Shown here in pieces: positions 51,396 through 64,000 of a DNA stretch of 64,000 nt; the stretch's first letter is position 1, and every line of letters begins with the position of its first letter. The notes beneath the pieces were generated by a model. It was given only the letters and a program-made list of their open reading frames with translations, made no database searches and was not told the origin of the DNA. A program made the position numbers and the translations under genes. The DNA comes from Octopus vulgaris. Its lineage: Eukaryota. Location: positions 99,448,001-99,512,000 of the forward strand of contig OX597820.1 in NCBI GenBank assembly GCA_951406725.2, in the 5' to 3' direction.

Positions 51396-52538
51396 GTATA
51401 TATATATATATATATATACACGTATATATACATGTATCTCATCTTCTACTTCTCTCAGTCATTAGACTGCGGCCATACTGGGGCACCGTCTTGAAGGGTC
51501 CAGTCGAACACAGCAATCCCAGTACTTATTTTTTCAAAAGACCGCAACTTATTCTCTCGGTGTCTTTTGCCGAACCGTTTATATTAGGAAGACCAGTTTC
51601 AGAAAGAAACTGTCTTCTATGAAACTAGTCCATAGTGTAAAAAAAGTCTCGGGAACCGCCGATTTATAAGACTCTACTTGCTGACCTTGCATTAAGTTTT
51701 TTTTTTTTTGGAAGCTCCATATTAATTTTATATTATATACTTTTCTGGTAGTCATTGCTAGCAGCTCTCTAGATTTTTATCTTTCTACGAATGTACCTCT
51801 CTTCCTCATCAACACCATCATCACTGCCAACTGCACTTTATTCTCCTCTTACCATTCTTTTTATTATTTATTTATTTATCTAGCATTAATTCATACCGCT
51901 CTAGAATCTTAATTTTTCCTGTCATCATCACCATTCCATTTCAAACATTACCACTATTATATCTACACCAACAGCTGCAAATTCGTACTTGTTTTATTTT
52001 TACTTTTATTTTATTTTCAACATCATTACCACCACCACCATCACCATCACCACCACCAACAACAACAACAACAACACCAACAACAACAATACTCACCATC
52101 ATAATCATTGCCACCGATTATTATTTATTTACTTGTTAGTATTTTTCTGCTTTCGTTCAATTAAGCAATAATTTCAAAGCTATTTCAGAGAGGATATCAA
52201 ATAACAGGAAAGAGGAAATTGAAGGAAAATCATTTCTTTGACTTTTTTTGCCTGCAAACTTTTGTGTTATCGCACTTTTTGAAGAAGTTTTGATACGAAT
52301 CAAGCTTTTGGGGCGACGAAGGCACAGAATACGGTCAAGCAAAAGACTTATTAAAAACAACCAGCTGGTTTGGCAGAAACGAAAGCTACAAGGCTAATGC
52401 CACAGCATTTGGAGGCTTCAGTGATCAATGTGTTTAGGAGGTGGTTGAAGAAACTTTTACCGATTTTCGCCTCGGGACTGTTCCCATTTTGGATCGGACT
52501 TGCTTATAGCTCTGTCGTCGCTTTTCGACGGAAAACTA

Positions 52539-52744
52539 CGAGCGGGTGCTGAAAAATTCCTGTCTTTAAGGATTACGTGAAAGGCCCAGCCTTCCGAGTT
52601 CTTTTACTGGACTTAGAAAAACTGAAGTATCACTGCAATAAGTGTGTGAATCTGAGAGGGGAATATGTTGTATATAAATCATTATTAACTGATCCTCCTG
52701 TATTTTCTTTTACCCAAAGCCAGGAACTTTTCAGCACCCGCTCA
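52539..52744 (+). mobile_element. Mariner MITE, same family as 40510
   Basis: cgagcgggtgctgaaaaattcctg ... caggaacttttcagcacccgctc; NKCVNLRGEYV remnant. Confidence 0.8.
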
Positions 52745-53747
52745 GAGAGTCATTTTCCATCTTATATCTTAAAGTGACCAGTTTCTAAACATCGACAGTC
52801 TGAGATTCATGGCAGAAAGATATCAGCTGAACTTTGACGACTTGAAGGCAGAATGCCACATTGCAAAACATATCATCGAGTTTACTTGAGCTTTTGTATC
52901 TCTACAGAGTTGTCTTCTTTGAACTGTTCAAACTGCTTCAAATTGTTGTAAGGCTGTGGACTTAATTTTTCTTTTTGTTACTTGTTTCAGTCATTAGACT
53001 GCAGCCATGCTGCAATACCATCTTGAAGAAATTTTAGTGGAATTTATCAACCCCAGTACTTAATTTTTAAAAGCCTCGTACTTATTCTATCGGCTACTAT
53101 TGCCGAACTAAATTACGGGGGACGTAAATACACCAACACCGGTTGTCAAACGATGGTGTAGGAACAGACACAGACGCACACTCACACACACACCACCGGC
53201 TTCTTTCCGTTTCTGTCTACCAAATCCACTCACAATGCTTTGGTCGGCCTGAAGCTATAGTTATAGTAGAAGGCGCTTGCCCAAGATGCTACGCAATGGG
53301 ACTGAACCCCAGACCATGTAGTTGGGAAGCAGGCTTCTTACCAGTCATCCACGCCTGATTAAGACTTATGTATGGAATTCTCCGTTTGGACAATTTAGCC
53401 CAAGTTTTTATGAAGCGTCAACCCTTTTGACATCGTTTGCGTTTCATTGCAAAACAGTGATGCAGGAGGATTACTGCCGTGTAGTTTGTTTTGCTACAAC
53501 ACACTCGTAATGAACGTTATCATATTTTATGTTCTATTCTTTCATAGGCACGGAAATAGAAGATGAATGTTCATCATCCTTTTTTTTTTTTTTTTTTTAT
53601 TTGGAGCAGGTGGGTAGGCAATGAAAACGCTTTTGAACATCCTCCAGAAAAATTTCATCGCGGAAACGAACGAGCGTAGAGATAATTTTGGACTGATATG
53701 AAACATATTACATTTATTGGATTTATCTGATTCGATTGATGTACAGA

Positions 53748-53801
<54 letters not shown>

Positions 53802-54078
53802 TATTATTATTATTATTATTATCATCATCATCATCATCATCAACATTATTATTATTATTATTATTATTAGCACGCCGGGCGAAATGCGTAGCCGTATTTT
53901 GTCTGCCGCTACGTTCTGAGTTCAAATTCCGCCGAGGTCGACTTTCCCTTTCATCCTTTTGGGGTCGATAAATTAAGTACCAGTTACGCACTGGCGTCGA
54001 TGTAATCGACTTAATCTGTTTGTCTGTCCTTGTTTGTCCCCTCTGTGTTTAGCCCCTTGTGGGTAGTAAAGAAACAAA

Positions 54079-54124
<46 letters not shown>

Positions 54125-54145
54125 GCTATTATTATTATTATTATA

Positions 54146-54219
<74 letters not shown>
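53748..54219. repeat. (AAT)n/(ATT)n tracts flanking SINE B copies
   Basis: Direct reading. Confidence 0.9.
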
Positions 54220-54771
54220 CATATGCGTTTTTAAGGTGTCGAGCTGGCAGAATCGATAGCACGCCAAACAAAATGCTTAGCGGCATTTCGTCCGTCTTCG
54301 CGTTCAGAGTTCAAATTCCGCCGAGGTCGACTTTGCCTTTCATCCTTTCGGGGTCAATAAAATAAGTACCAGTTAAGCACTGGGATCGATGTAATCGACT
54401 TATCCCCTCCCCCAGAATTGCTGGCCTTGTGCCAAAATTTAAAATCATTATTATATTTGTTTTTGTTTTCATATTAAGATTGGAGAAATCGACCTTGTTT
54501 GTAAAATTTTTGTAACCGAGCTTGCACCTACTAAGCAAATTTTGTTACCTACTTACGTATTCTTAGTAGTTATTGGAACTTCACGATTACGCTGAAAACT
54601 GACTTTGAATATGAAGGACTTCACCGAACCTCATAGTTTTCGTAGCCGATACTTTCTTATGCTAATACAGAATGCTGGTGGCGTCACTGGTTCCAGCCGT
54701 GAGCATCTCATTTTTTAGCGTAACGTGACTTCAGGAAGATTTGGTTGTAACTTCTATGAAAAAGACACACA

Positions 54772-54934
54772 GGCGCAGGAGTGGCTGTGTGGTAAGAAGC
54801 TTGCTAACCAACCACATGGTTCCGGGTTCAGTCCCACTGCGTGACATCTTGGGCAAGTGTCTTCTGCTATAGCCCCGGGCCGACCAATGCCTTGTGAGTG
54901 GATTTGGTAGACGGAAACTGAAAGAAGCCCGTCG
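54772..54934 (+). mobile_element. Family A SINE head; a matching tail lies at about 56900-57119
   Basis: Near-exact reverse complement of 1290-1455; followed directly by a Helitron-like 5' end (tctcttattataaaa, 54946). Confidence 0.85.
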
Positions 54935-55424
54935 TATATATGTATATCTCTTATTATAAAAGGCAGATTTTATCTGCCTCCCTTTGGGAGTTATACAAAT
55001 CTACAATATAGGATTTCTTCAATTACAATTTACCTAGCATTTTTAAGAGTACAATGCATCGCGTCATGCCAGGTCCAGTTTTTTAAATTTAAACTCCAAT
55101 TAAGCAAAATTTACAGAAAACTCACATTCTGGTGTGTGTGTCAAATGCTTTTCTTAGTCTGGTTTACACCACACGCAAACGCACACACACAGTGGGCAAC
55201 GAATAAAATGAAAGTAATTCACTTACTGTAGTGAGTGATTCTTTCACTCTGCCTCCCACTTCCTCTTTCCACACATAGACACGCAAATATATAAATAAAA
55301 TTGTAAGCTAACGTGCGTGTGTGTGTGTGAGGGTGCGTGTGTGTGTGTGTGTGTGCGTGTGCGTGAGTGTGTGACAGGAAAGTTTTTTACGACGAATATA
55401 ACACCTATATCCAAGTAGCAGAAA

Positions 55425-55690
55425 GATAAGACAGTAAGGTGTGATTTGAGGGAGATTTGGCTGCTCTTTCTACCATGTCTAGCTGCCATGTAGGGGTCTC
55501 CCTCATAGGCTCATACATACATATATACATAGATAAGACAGTAAGGTGTGATTTGGGGGAAATTTGGCTGCTATTTCTGCCAGGTCTAGCTACCATGTAG
55601 AGGTCCCCCTCATTGGCTCATATATATATACATACATAAGACAGTAAGGTGTGATTTGAGGGAGATTTGGCTGCTGTTTCTACCATGTCT
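55425..55690 (+). repeat. Three tandem copies of a ~105-bp unit
   Basis: ataagacagtaaggtgtgatttg.gggag.atttggctgct at about 55426, 55533 and 55636. Confidence 0.85.
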
Positions 55691-56010
55691 GTTAGGCCTT
55701 CTCATGTAAACTCAAGCTTTCTCATGCCTTGAACATAAGACCAAAGCAGAGAATGTATTCTTTTATTCTTCTGCTTTTTCCAGCCATTGGTCTGTGGCCA
55801 TGCTGGGGCAATGCCTTGAAGAATTGTAGTTTAATGAATCAACTCCAGTTTTATTTTTGTAAGCATTGTACTTATTCTATCTGTTTCCTTTGTCAAACCA
55901 CTAGGTGACAGGGATGTAAACAAACCAACATTCGTTGTCAAGCAGTGGTGGAGGACAATCACAAGCACAGACACGCACACACACACACATACATGCATAC
56001 ACATATACTC

Positions 56011-56045
<35 letters not shown>

Positions 56046-56066
56046 TATGTGTGTATATATATATAT

Positions 56067-56388
56067 TGCAGCGTGGAAGGTGTTTGTAAGCCATTTAAGA
56101 AACACACAAAAACCGTTACATTCACTTCAACATTTAAATTTAATTTGCCAAAATATTTTCGTCGCTTTCAGACCGCGACCTGTTCACTGACAAAAATATC
56201 GTGCTAACAGGTCGCGGTCTCAAAGCGACGAAAATATTTTCACAAATTAAATTTAAATGTTGAAGTGAATCTAACGGTTTTTGTGTGTTTCTTAAATGGC
56301 TTACAAACACCTTCAACGCTGCAACTGTTTTCGTTCCAGCACACGATCTCAGATCAAGTCACTTGCTATGCAAGTACATCTCTGTAAC
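56067..56388. mobile_element. TA-flanked tail-outward inverted pair; single-arm copy at 5686-5868
   Basis: Arms about 56067-56185 and 56206-56323 are inverted; the right arm extends further and matches 5693-5868. Confidence 0.75.
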
Positions 56389-56486
56389 TATATATATATT
56401 TATATTTATATATATATGTATATTGGTAAAAACAGTAAGATAACAAAAGAAAGAAAGAGACCTCAATATTATGTAAATAGAGGAAA

Positions 56487-56881
56487 TCTTTATATATAAA
56501 AGTGAGGTTGTGTGTCTGTCTCCTACGATTTAGATTCCTAACTACTCCCACATTTTGCGGTGCAGTTTAACCAAAACCGGGTATCTTATAGTCGTGATTC
56601 ATATCGAGACCGTCTGGGTATTAGCGCGCGTCTACGATGAGTCTACGATTTAAATAAAAATTTACCATCAATTTTTCCCATTTTTAATCCATTTTTGACA
56701 TATATAAGGGAAGTAACTCTCTAAAATTTATTATTAAATCTCAGAACGTAAAAAGCTACAGTAACACCCCTCTCCCTTTGTGGTTAGCCATATTGAGATG
56801 GCTATTATACTTTAAATCTATAAAAATGCTTATATAATTATTTCCCTTACAAACCCGAGCAACGCCGGGCGATACTGCTAG
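56487..56881 (+). mobile_element. Non-autonomous Helitron, same family as 46995
   Basis: a|TCTTTATATATAAAAG ... CCCGAGCAACGCCGGGCGATACTGCTAG|t. Confidence 0.92.
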
Positions 56882-57618
56882 TATATATATATATGTATGT
56901 GTGTGTGTGTGTGTTTGTCCCCCTAGCATTGCTTGACACCCGATGCTGGTGTGTTTACGTCCCCGTCACTTAGCGGTTCGGCAAAAGAGGGACCGATAGA
57001 ATAAGTACTGGGCTTACAAAGAATAAGTCCCGGGGTCGAGTTGCTCGACTAAAGGCGGTGCTCCTGCATGGCCGCAGTTAAATGACTGAAACAAGTAAAA
57101 GAGTAAAGAGAAAAGAGTAATACAGCGCCTAGCGCTGCATATATGTTGCTAAAGATGCTGTGCTAAATGGCGTTATTATAACAGCATGAATAAAGCTAAT
57201 AAATAGCATGCTAGGCTATTTTCCAACAGTTAATACGAACACAAATGAACACCAATATTGTCAAACGGTTAACCAATTTTGAGACTTGTTACGTCCTCAA
57301 CTGTTTCCTAATTTTAGATGACGACGTACATTATGATATTACGCACTGTGATCTGAAGTTAGGTTGTAATTACAGGCGATAGGCGATAGGCGACGAGCTG
57401 GCAGAATCGTTAGCACGCCGGGCGAAATACTTAGCGGTATTCGTCTGCCGTTACGTTGTGAGTTCAAATTCCGCCGAGATCGACTTTACCTTTCATCCTT
57501 TCGGGGTCGATAAATTAAGTACCAGTTACGCACTGGGGTCGATGTAATCGACTTATTACCTGTGTCTGTCCTTGTTTGTCCCCTCTAAGTTTGGCCCCTT
57601 GCGGATAATAAAGAAATA

Positions 57619-57900
57619 GGTATAAGTACCGGTGTACTTCCGGAAGTACCGGATACATTTCAAAAAAGTGTTTTTTTTTATATATGGTGGGTTAGGGTTA
57701 GGGTTAGGATTAGGGTTTGTGTTAGGGTTGGGTTAGGGGTGGGAGAAAAGGTTTCTATTATCTTCAGAAATGTAAACAAAGTCACGTGTGTACATATACC
57801 GAAGCATCGCCACATACCCTAACCCTAACACAAACCCTAACCTTAACCCCCCATATAAAAAAAACAACACTTTTTTTTAATTGTATCTGGTACTTATACC
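57619..57900. mobile_element. Foldback element with internal TTAGGG/CCCTAA repeats
   Basis: ggtataagtacc ... ggtacttatacc termini; gggtta repeats at 57690-57740 inverted at 57817-57850. Confidence 0.7.
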
Positions 57901-59062
57901 GTAACATCTCCTAATTACATAAAGATCTAATATCATAAAGTTACTAAACATTAATTCTGTCAACCATTAATTCTGTCAAAAAGCATCAATGCGAAATAGG
58001 ACAAAAAATTCTATATCTAGGGTGATGCTCCAAGCTTTGGTTCTTTCTTGCATATTTTTTTAAGATTGCATTTAACGTCATCTGTGTTTTCTTTAGTTTT
58101 ATCTCCCGAAGCAGTTTACTACAGCAAGATATTATATCCATAACGACAAGTCTGCTTTGTACTGCTCTTCTAGTCAGTGATATTTTTAGCAAACTGGTCC
58201 AGTATAAAGAATCCATTCTGGTATTACTATCTCTACAGTTGGCTCTCTGAACTTCCCTAAATCTTCTTTATTGATATTTTATTTTCATCTTTCATTGGTT
58301 AACTCAACGATGTTATTGATAGCTGCTAGTGCAATTCGTTCATAATTTCCAATGTCATTGCATACTTTTAACCATAGCTTATTCCACACCCTGTTCTCGG
58401 TTACTTCATCCCTGGTTATTTTGATATTGATATGACCTTGAATTCTCTGGTTTGCCGGAGAGGGATAAGGATGGGACCAATTTTTCTATCGAGTCTTGGA
58501 ATGTTCGAGAAAGGGTTATAAATCAATTGCCTAGATCTAATAACAGCTTAGAGGAATTGCACAACGCAATATTCTTTATCGTGTCAACACCCACTGTATT
58601 TGGAAATTACGACACCGAAAAAGGATGAGGCTATTGCGTTAAAGAAAAAGAAACTTTCAAAGAGAAATTCTAGTACGGCAAAAAAAAAACAAAAAAACTG
58701 CGACTAAGAGAATCATGGCGTTATTAGATAAGTATATTCCTGAAAACAAGATAAATTTCTTGAAAAGAATAGCTTACAACATTCACACTTTTTGATTTAT
58801 TTGTGAAACTACAATAATTTTTTAAATCTTGAAATATTTTTTTAATATTGTTAATCTGTTTTCGTTTTTTAAACAAAGATAAACTTGTAAATTTTAAACT
58901 CTGTTGCTTCTTTTATTCCTTTTTAAAAATTATTTATTACCTACTACTCCCTTGTTTAGAGTTAATAAATGTGTACATTTACAATTAGCTTTAATAATCA
59001 ACTGTTCCAAATAAACAAAAAGTACACCTGTAAAAAGATAAATTAAATTTCAAAATAGCACA

Positions 59063-59193
59063 GGGATACAATTGTCCAAGGATGCATTTGTCTAGGGACG
59101 CAAATATCCAAGGACGCAATTGTCTAGGGACGCAATTGTCTGGTACGCAGATGTTCGGTATGCAAATGTCCAGTACGCAACTGTACTAGAACC
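59063..59193. repeat. About eight 15-16-bp tandem units, probably the subterminal array of a DNA transposon end
   Basis: ggacgcaattgtcta-like units ending in gaacc. Confidence 0.65.
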
Positions 59194-59649
59194 ATGTTCA
59201 AGTATGTGTGGCAAAATAGGTCCAGTTAAAGGTTTAATCGCACCCCCGAGCCTCTGTTGCCTCTAACTCAGAAATTAAGGCAGAGATTTTAAAAGCGAAC
59301 ACACAATTCGTGGCGGTAGCGCATTGATCAACTGTTGTACAATGAAACATTGGTTGATAAGAAGCATTCACAGTTCTTACGTGGAATGGAAGAATTATTG
59401 GGAAATAATTCTCAGATAGAGTCATATAAAGAAATTATTCTTGCCTCATTTGACATCCAACATACATACTATTCCGGCATCTGTACGATGCCATAGCATA
59501 GTGGATCAATTGGTCGAGTTAGTGGATGACATTGCAGAGTTTATAAGGAATGTCTCCCAGGTTTTACTAAAGAATCACATATATCGTTGTATAATACATT
59601 TTGTGTGTTCATTAGTATGTAACGAAAATGTGTGAATATCTTCTCTTGA

Positions 59650-62600
59650 CCTTTGGGGGTGCGAGAAGCAATCACTTTCCGTTGCTTTAATAATCCAGAT
59701 CTCTACCAGTCAGAAACAACAAGACGCAGACGTAAATAATATATATCTACTTTATTCTCTTATGTGGTAACAGATAATTGGTGTATCTGTCATCCCTTTG
59801 GTATAGTCGTGTCTCAGCTGAACCTTATCGCTGTAAAATAAGAAAGTGTTCAGATGCAAAACGACACTTGTCAAAGATGGCGTCCGGAATAGGGAGATGA
59901 TGATGTCGGCAACAAATGTCAGGGAGAGACGAAGATAATATGCGTCTTCTTCTATGAAAAGGCTGACTGCTGCTAGAATCAAATTCGGACAGAGAGAATA
60001 TACGTGTTGTACCTTCGATAGCCATGTCTCAAGTCGCTGCTGACTGCTGCTAGTGGTCAAACGTTCTACGACCCCCTTGCCTCGGCTAACTGCCAACGAG
60101 GCAAAAGGGTTCTACTTCCGGTGCTTCGCGCATGCGCCGCTGTATAGCGTCACTACAAGTATAAGTAACAAAAGAAACCACCTTTAAAATATCATTGGTA
60201 CTTCATTCCTTGAATCAAAACAAGAAACATTACAAGTTCTGTCAGTTGTTGTTCATCCATCGTTTTGATAATTCAGCTTGGATTATCATTGGTTACATAG
60301 ACTCTGCTCAATCTCCTCTGGACGGCAGGATATGCAAACTCGCTTCAATGAAAACTCTCTTCCCTCTGACACGTAAATAATTTATCGACCAATTTACAGT
60401 GAAAAAGAGGCTCCAGGACACACAAAATTAATTGTTTGAAATTTACTACGTGCAACGTGCGTTGGACCTTCGATCCAATTCCCGCACAACACTCAACTAA
60501 TCACAACACAGGACTCAATAAATGTCCAATAACTCATATGATAGGTGTTTTAACCAATCACAACAAATTAGCGTGGCGAACCTGTATAAATCAAATTTAA
60601 TGCACTAGTACAAATTTGTCCTTGCTACATAGACATTTCTCTTCCTTTGTTTCGTCTATCTCCTGTGCACTTGCATCTTTTGTAAAATGGCTGGGTAAAA
60701 AAATTCGAGCATTCACTGACAGAATAGAAATGCCCCGTTTTTCAATCCGTCCACCTTCTCGTTCCAGGAACCCGGCAAGAAGACGCTGGTCTTGTTCGGA
60801 TGGAAGAGCACATGCATTATTTAAGTACCATTTCAAATTTGGTATAAACTCTCCTCACTGTAACCAACCGTATTCCTTTGTAGCGTACACTCTAGTGAAA
60901 TTCCTCTCCCCTTTGTTATATATACATACAGCCGAACGTAGCAGATAACAGCTAACCTTTGGCCGCTATTTGGACCCCGTTGTGTCCACCAATCTGATTG
61001 GTTTGTATTGGCGCAATTTGTCTCTTACTCTATCGCGTTAATATGCAACCTAACCAATCGCAGCCTCCAAATAAATCACGTGAGACAGTCTGTTCTCAAC
61101 CCCAGTTTGAGTCGACTGCTCCCTATAAAAACTTAACTTCTCATCTAAAAGTCTTTGGTTATAGACCTTCTGAGGTCTAGCCGCTGACCACACGACACGG
61201 CCAGTTCTAGTGACAACGCTAGACAACACCCGTCCAACAGCATTACAGCAACCTCCATCTTCGTCGCCACCATCATGTCTCTCACCAACGTCGTCAACAA
61301 CATCTACGTACACAGCACCAGCAACACTGCACAGGTTCTAACATTGCGTTGTTCGTGAATTACTTCACCATGGTTAACAGCAAACATACAACCCACACGG
61401 GATACATGTAAATATATCAATAAATCTTTCATAAGCATTCTACGCTGATGCATCGCTCTCTTTTCCAACTGGCACATTATATGTTCTATTTCAGCCTTCT
61501 GATATGAGTCGTTATTAGATGGTCACTCTACGTATCAACTTGACCATGTATACCTTTAAGCCTGCTTTTCCCCCTTCTTCTGTCTGGCAGAAAACAGCTA
61601 AACGAGGATTATTTGCAACTGCATCGCCTGATGCCTTTTCTTTCAGTTGTTTGTTTTATGTTACTGACTAGTTTTCAAAAGCTCATTTTCTGATTAATAC
61701 TAGGACCAAAAGTAGCATTAGGCTACATAGTTTTCTCAAAGCTTTCCGGCCACCTTTGAGTGTTACCTTGCAAGCAGTTAATAATTCATCGATAACCACA
61801 TACAAGGTAAACCCATGGCTCTAGATTTGATCTCGTGCATAGATTTCAAGTGGATTTTAATCAGCAATTATCTTTCTTATTCAATCGTTGTCGGTGATTT
61901 TCCCTCATTTGGTCAAGTGGTTGATGTATAAAAAACACACACATAAAACAAAACAAAATAAAAAACAACAAAACGCGCGCGCATGCACACATACATACAC
62001 ACAAATGACAACAAAAACAAACTAATTTATTGCATTGTTAATTTACTGATTTTGCAGTATTGGCACGGAGAATGATCCTGTCAGCCCTGTTTTTTTCTCT
62101 TTTTGTTTCTTCTATCATTGATCATTACCATTCTAGCCTTCGCATATTCTTGGATACTACTTATCCAATTCCTGAATACGGTAATGGATCATATTCTTAC
62201 CAAAGGCGGCGAGATAGCAGAATCGTAACAGCGTCGGACAAAATGCTTAGAGGTATTTCTTCCGGCCTTACGTTATGAGTTCAAATTTCGCCGGGATAGG
62301 CTTTGCTTTTCATCCTTTCGGGGTCGATAAAATAAAGTACTAGTCGTGAACCGGAATCAGTGTAACTGACTTGACCCTCCCAAACCAAGCTGCTGGCTTT
62401 GAGTCAAAACTACAAAAGATTATTATATATAATCTTCCAGTATCAGCTCACCTTCGTCGATTCGCTTATAGCAAAATGAAGGCCGTTGAAGACGAATTCA
62501 GTCACACGTTTCAACTTGATATAATTCGGCCATCTAGCTATGAAAGGACTTCTCCATTACATATGCATGGCACCCAAGAAAACTACTTTCGATTGATGCA

Positions 62601-63420
62601 CATATGGTGATTATAGGATGTTAAACTCTAGAACAGTATCAGACAAATGTTCTATTTCATACATTCACGATTTTGCATCTTCTTTGCATGGTGTCGCAGT
62701 ATTTTCCAAGACAGAACTAATTCGGACTTATAACCAAATTCATGTCGAACCTTGTGATACTCATTTGACAGCCAGAACTATACCCTTTGGACTATTAGAA
62801 TTTTTGAGAATGCCTTTCGGTCTCTGAGATACAGCCAATTCTTTTCAGTGATTCGTTGAGGAAGTTGCTAGTACTTTAGACTTTGCTTTCGCTTATAATG
62901 ATGAGTTATTTCTTGCAGTCCTCCCGTATCAGAACATAAAGATCAGCGGGTTTTTATTACTTGACTATCACATTATAGTGTTACAATTAATCCTACTAAA
63001 CGTCTTTTGGGTGACCAACATCTAGCATTCTTAGGAAACGTTACTGATAAAGATGGAACCCAACCCAAGCACAATAAAATGGAAGCTATTTTACAATTTC
63101 CGACACCTACATACCTTCGGAAATTGCGAGAATTTCTAAGCCTGATTATTTTACATTGGCGCATCACTCCGTACTGCACTGAGATAACATATTCTCTTAT
63201 GGAGTTGTTATGTAACCGAAAAAAGTAAAGTAAAAAAAAAACTTCGCTGACGAAGGTAATATGACACAACAGATATTTTCTATCACAAAGCGTTCTAGAC
63301 GCATTCTTATTTCTCTTATTGATCAGTTATTTAGTAGCTACTCACGTTCTTGGATAACGAACATGTCACCTTCTAGGTGATGCATCTATCGCAGGTCCAA
63401 GAGGTAGCCTCTGTTGTCAA
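59650..63420 (+). mobile_element. Heavily degenerate Gypsy relic
   Basis: LTR-like end cgtcactaca (60157); protease remnant LFYVTD...LQAVNNSSITTY (about 61650-61805); RT remnants IIRPSS...SPLHM, GDYRMLN, FSKTELIRTYNQI, PFGLLEFLRMPFGL, LAFLG, LREFLSL. Outer boundaries are uncertain. Confidence 0.85.
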
Positions 63421-64000
63421 AGTGCTGCTAACTTGATAGGGCGGCAAGCTGGCAGAATCGTTAGAACACCGGGCAAAATGCGTAGCGGCATTTCGTCCGA
63501 CTTTATCTTCTGAATTCAAATTCCACACAGATTGACTTTGTCTTTCATTCCTTTCGGGATCGATAAAATAAGTACCAGTTGAGCACTGAAGTCGATGCAA
63601 TCCACTTATCCCCTCCTCCGAACAAGCTGGCCTGGGGTCAAAAATTGAAACTAATATTCTCTAACTTGAAAGTGGCGAGCTGGCAGAATCGTTACCGTGC
63701 CTGAAATATTGCTTTGCAACATTTCGTCCGCCTTAACGTTTTGAGTTCAAATTCCGCCGAGGTTGACTTTGCCTTTCATCCTTTCAGGGTCGATAAAATA
63801 AGTACCATGAGACTACTGGAGTCAATGTAATCAAATTAACCCCTCTACCTAAATTGCTGGCCTTGAGCAAAAATGTGAAACTAATGTTCTCTAACTTGTG
63901 GGATATGAACTCATGAAAAATTTCTGCTATACGCAAACAAATTAGTGGAGACGAGAATACATTTATCAAAGGTTTATTACATTACGTACATCAGGGCTTA

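Noticed and set aside
57690-57850. True telomere or chromosome-fusion site
   Set aside because: Short degenerate repeats lying symmetrically inside a TIR-bounded element.
19300-64000. Further host genes
   Set aside because: I found no exon with splice sites and a non-TE protein signature; small or non-coding exons cannot be excluded by eye.

Overview
AT-rich, repeat-saturated eukaryotic DNA. The SINE types and microsatellite load are those I associate with octopus genomes, but that assignment is inference. I can support only one host gene: a minus-strand gene whose first coding exon (18276-18333) and second coding exon (5058-5468) splice in frame across a 12.8-kb intron into a divergent ceramide-kinase-type PH domain; it presumably continues off the left edge. 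The rest is mobile DNA. This includes two abundant tRNA-type SINE families; RTE, CR1/L2 and L1/Tx1-like LINE fragments; a full-span degenerate Gypsy LTR element (28469-34419, GACC TSD) and a second Gypsy relic; a DD37D (maT) transposon relic; non-autonomous Helitrons; and Merlin-like and Tc1/mariner MITEs. The most interesting signal is a set of sequence-distinct 180-420-bp non-coding elements in or beside (TA)n tracts that carry type-I hammerhead ribozyme motifs with a palindromic mini stem III, several as tail-outward inverted pairs. They look like Penelope-type or retrozyme-like elements that use the SINEs' internal microsatellite as a landing pad. Nearly all ORFs in the supplied track are microsatellite or repeat artefacts. 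All calls were made by eye, and repeat boundaries without a TSD are approximate.
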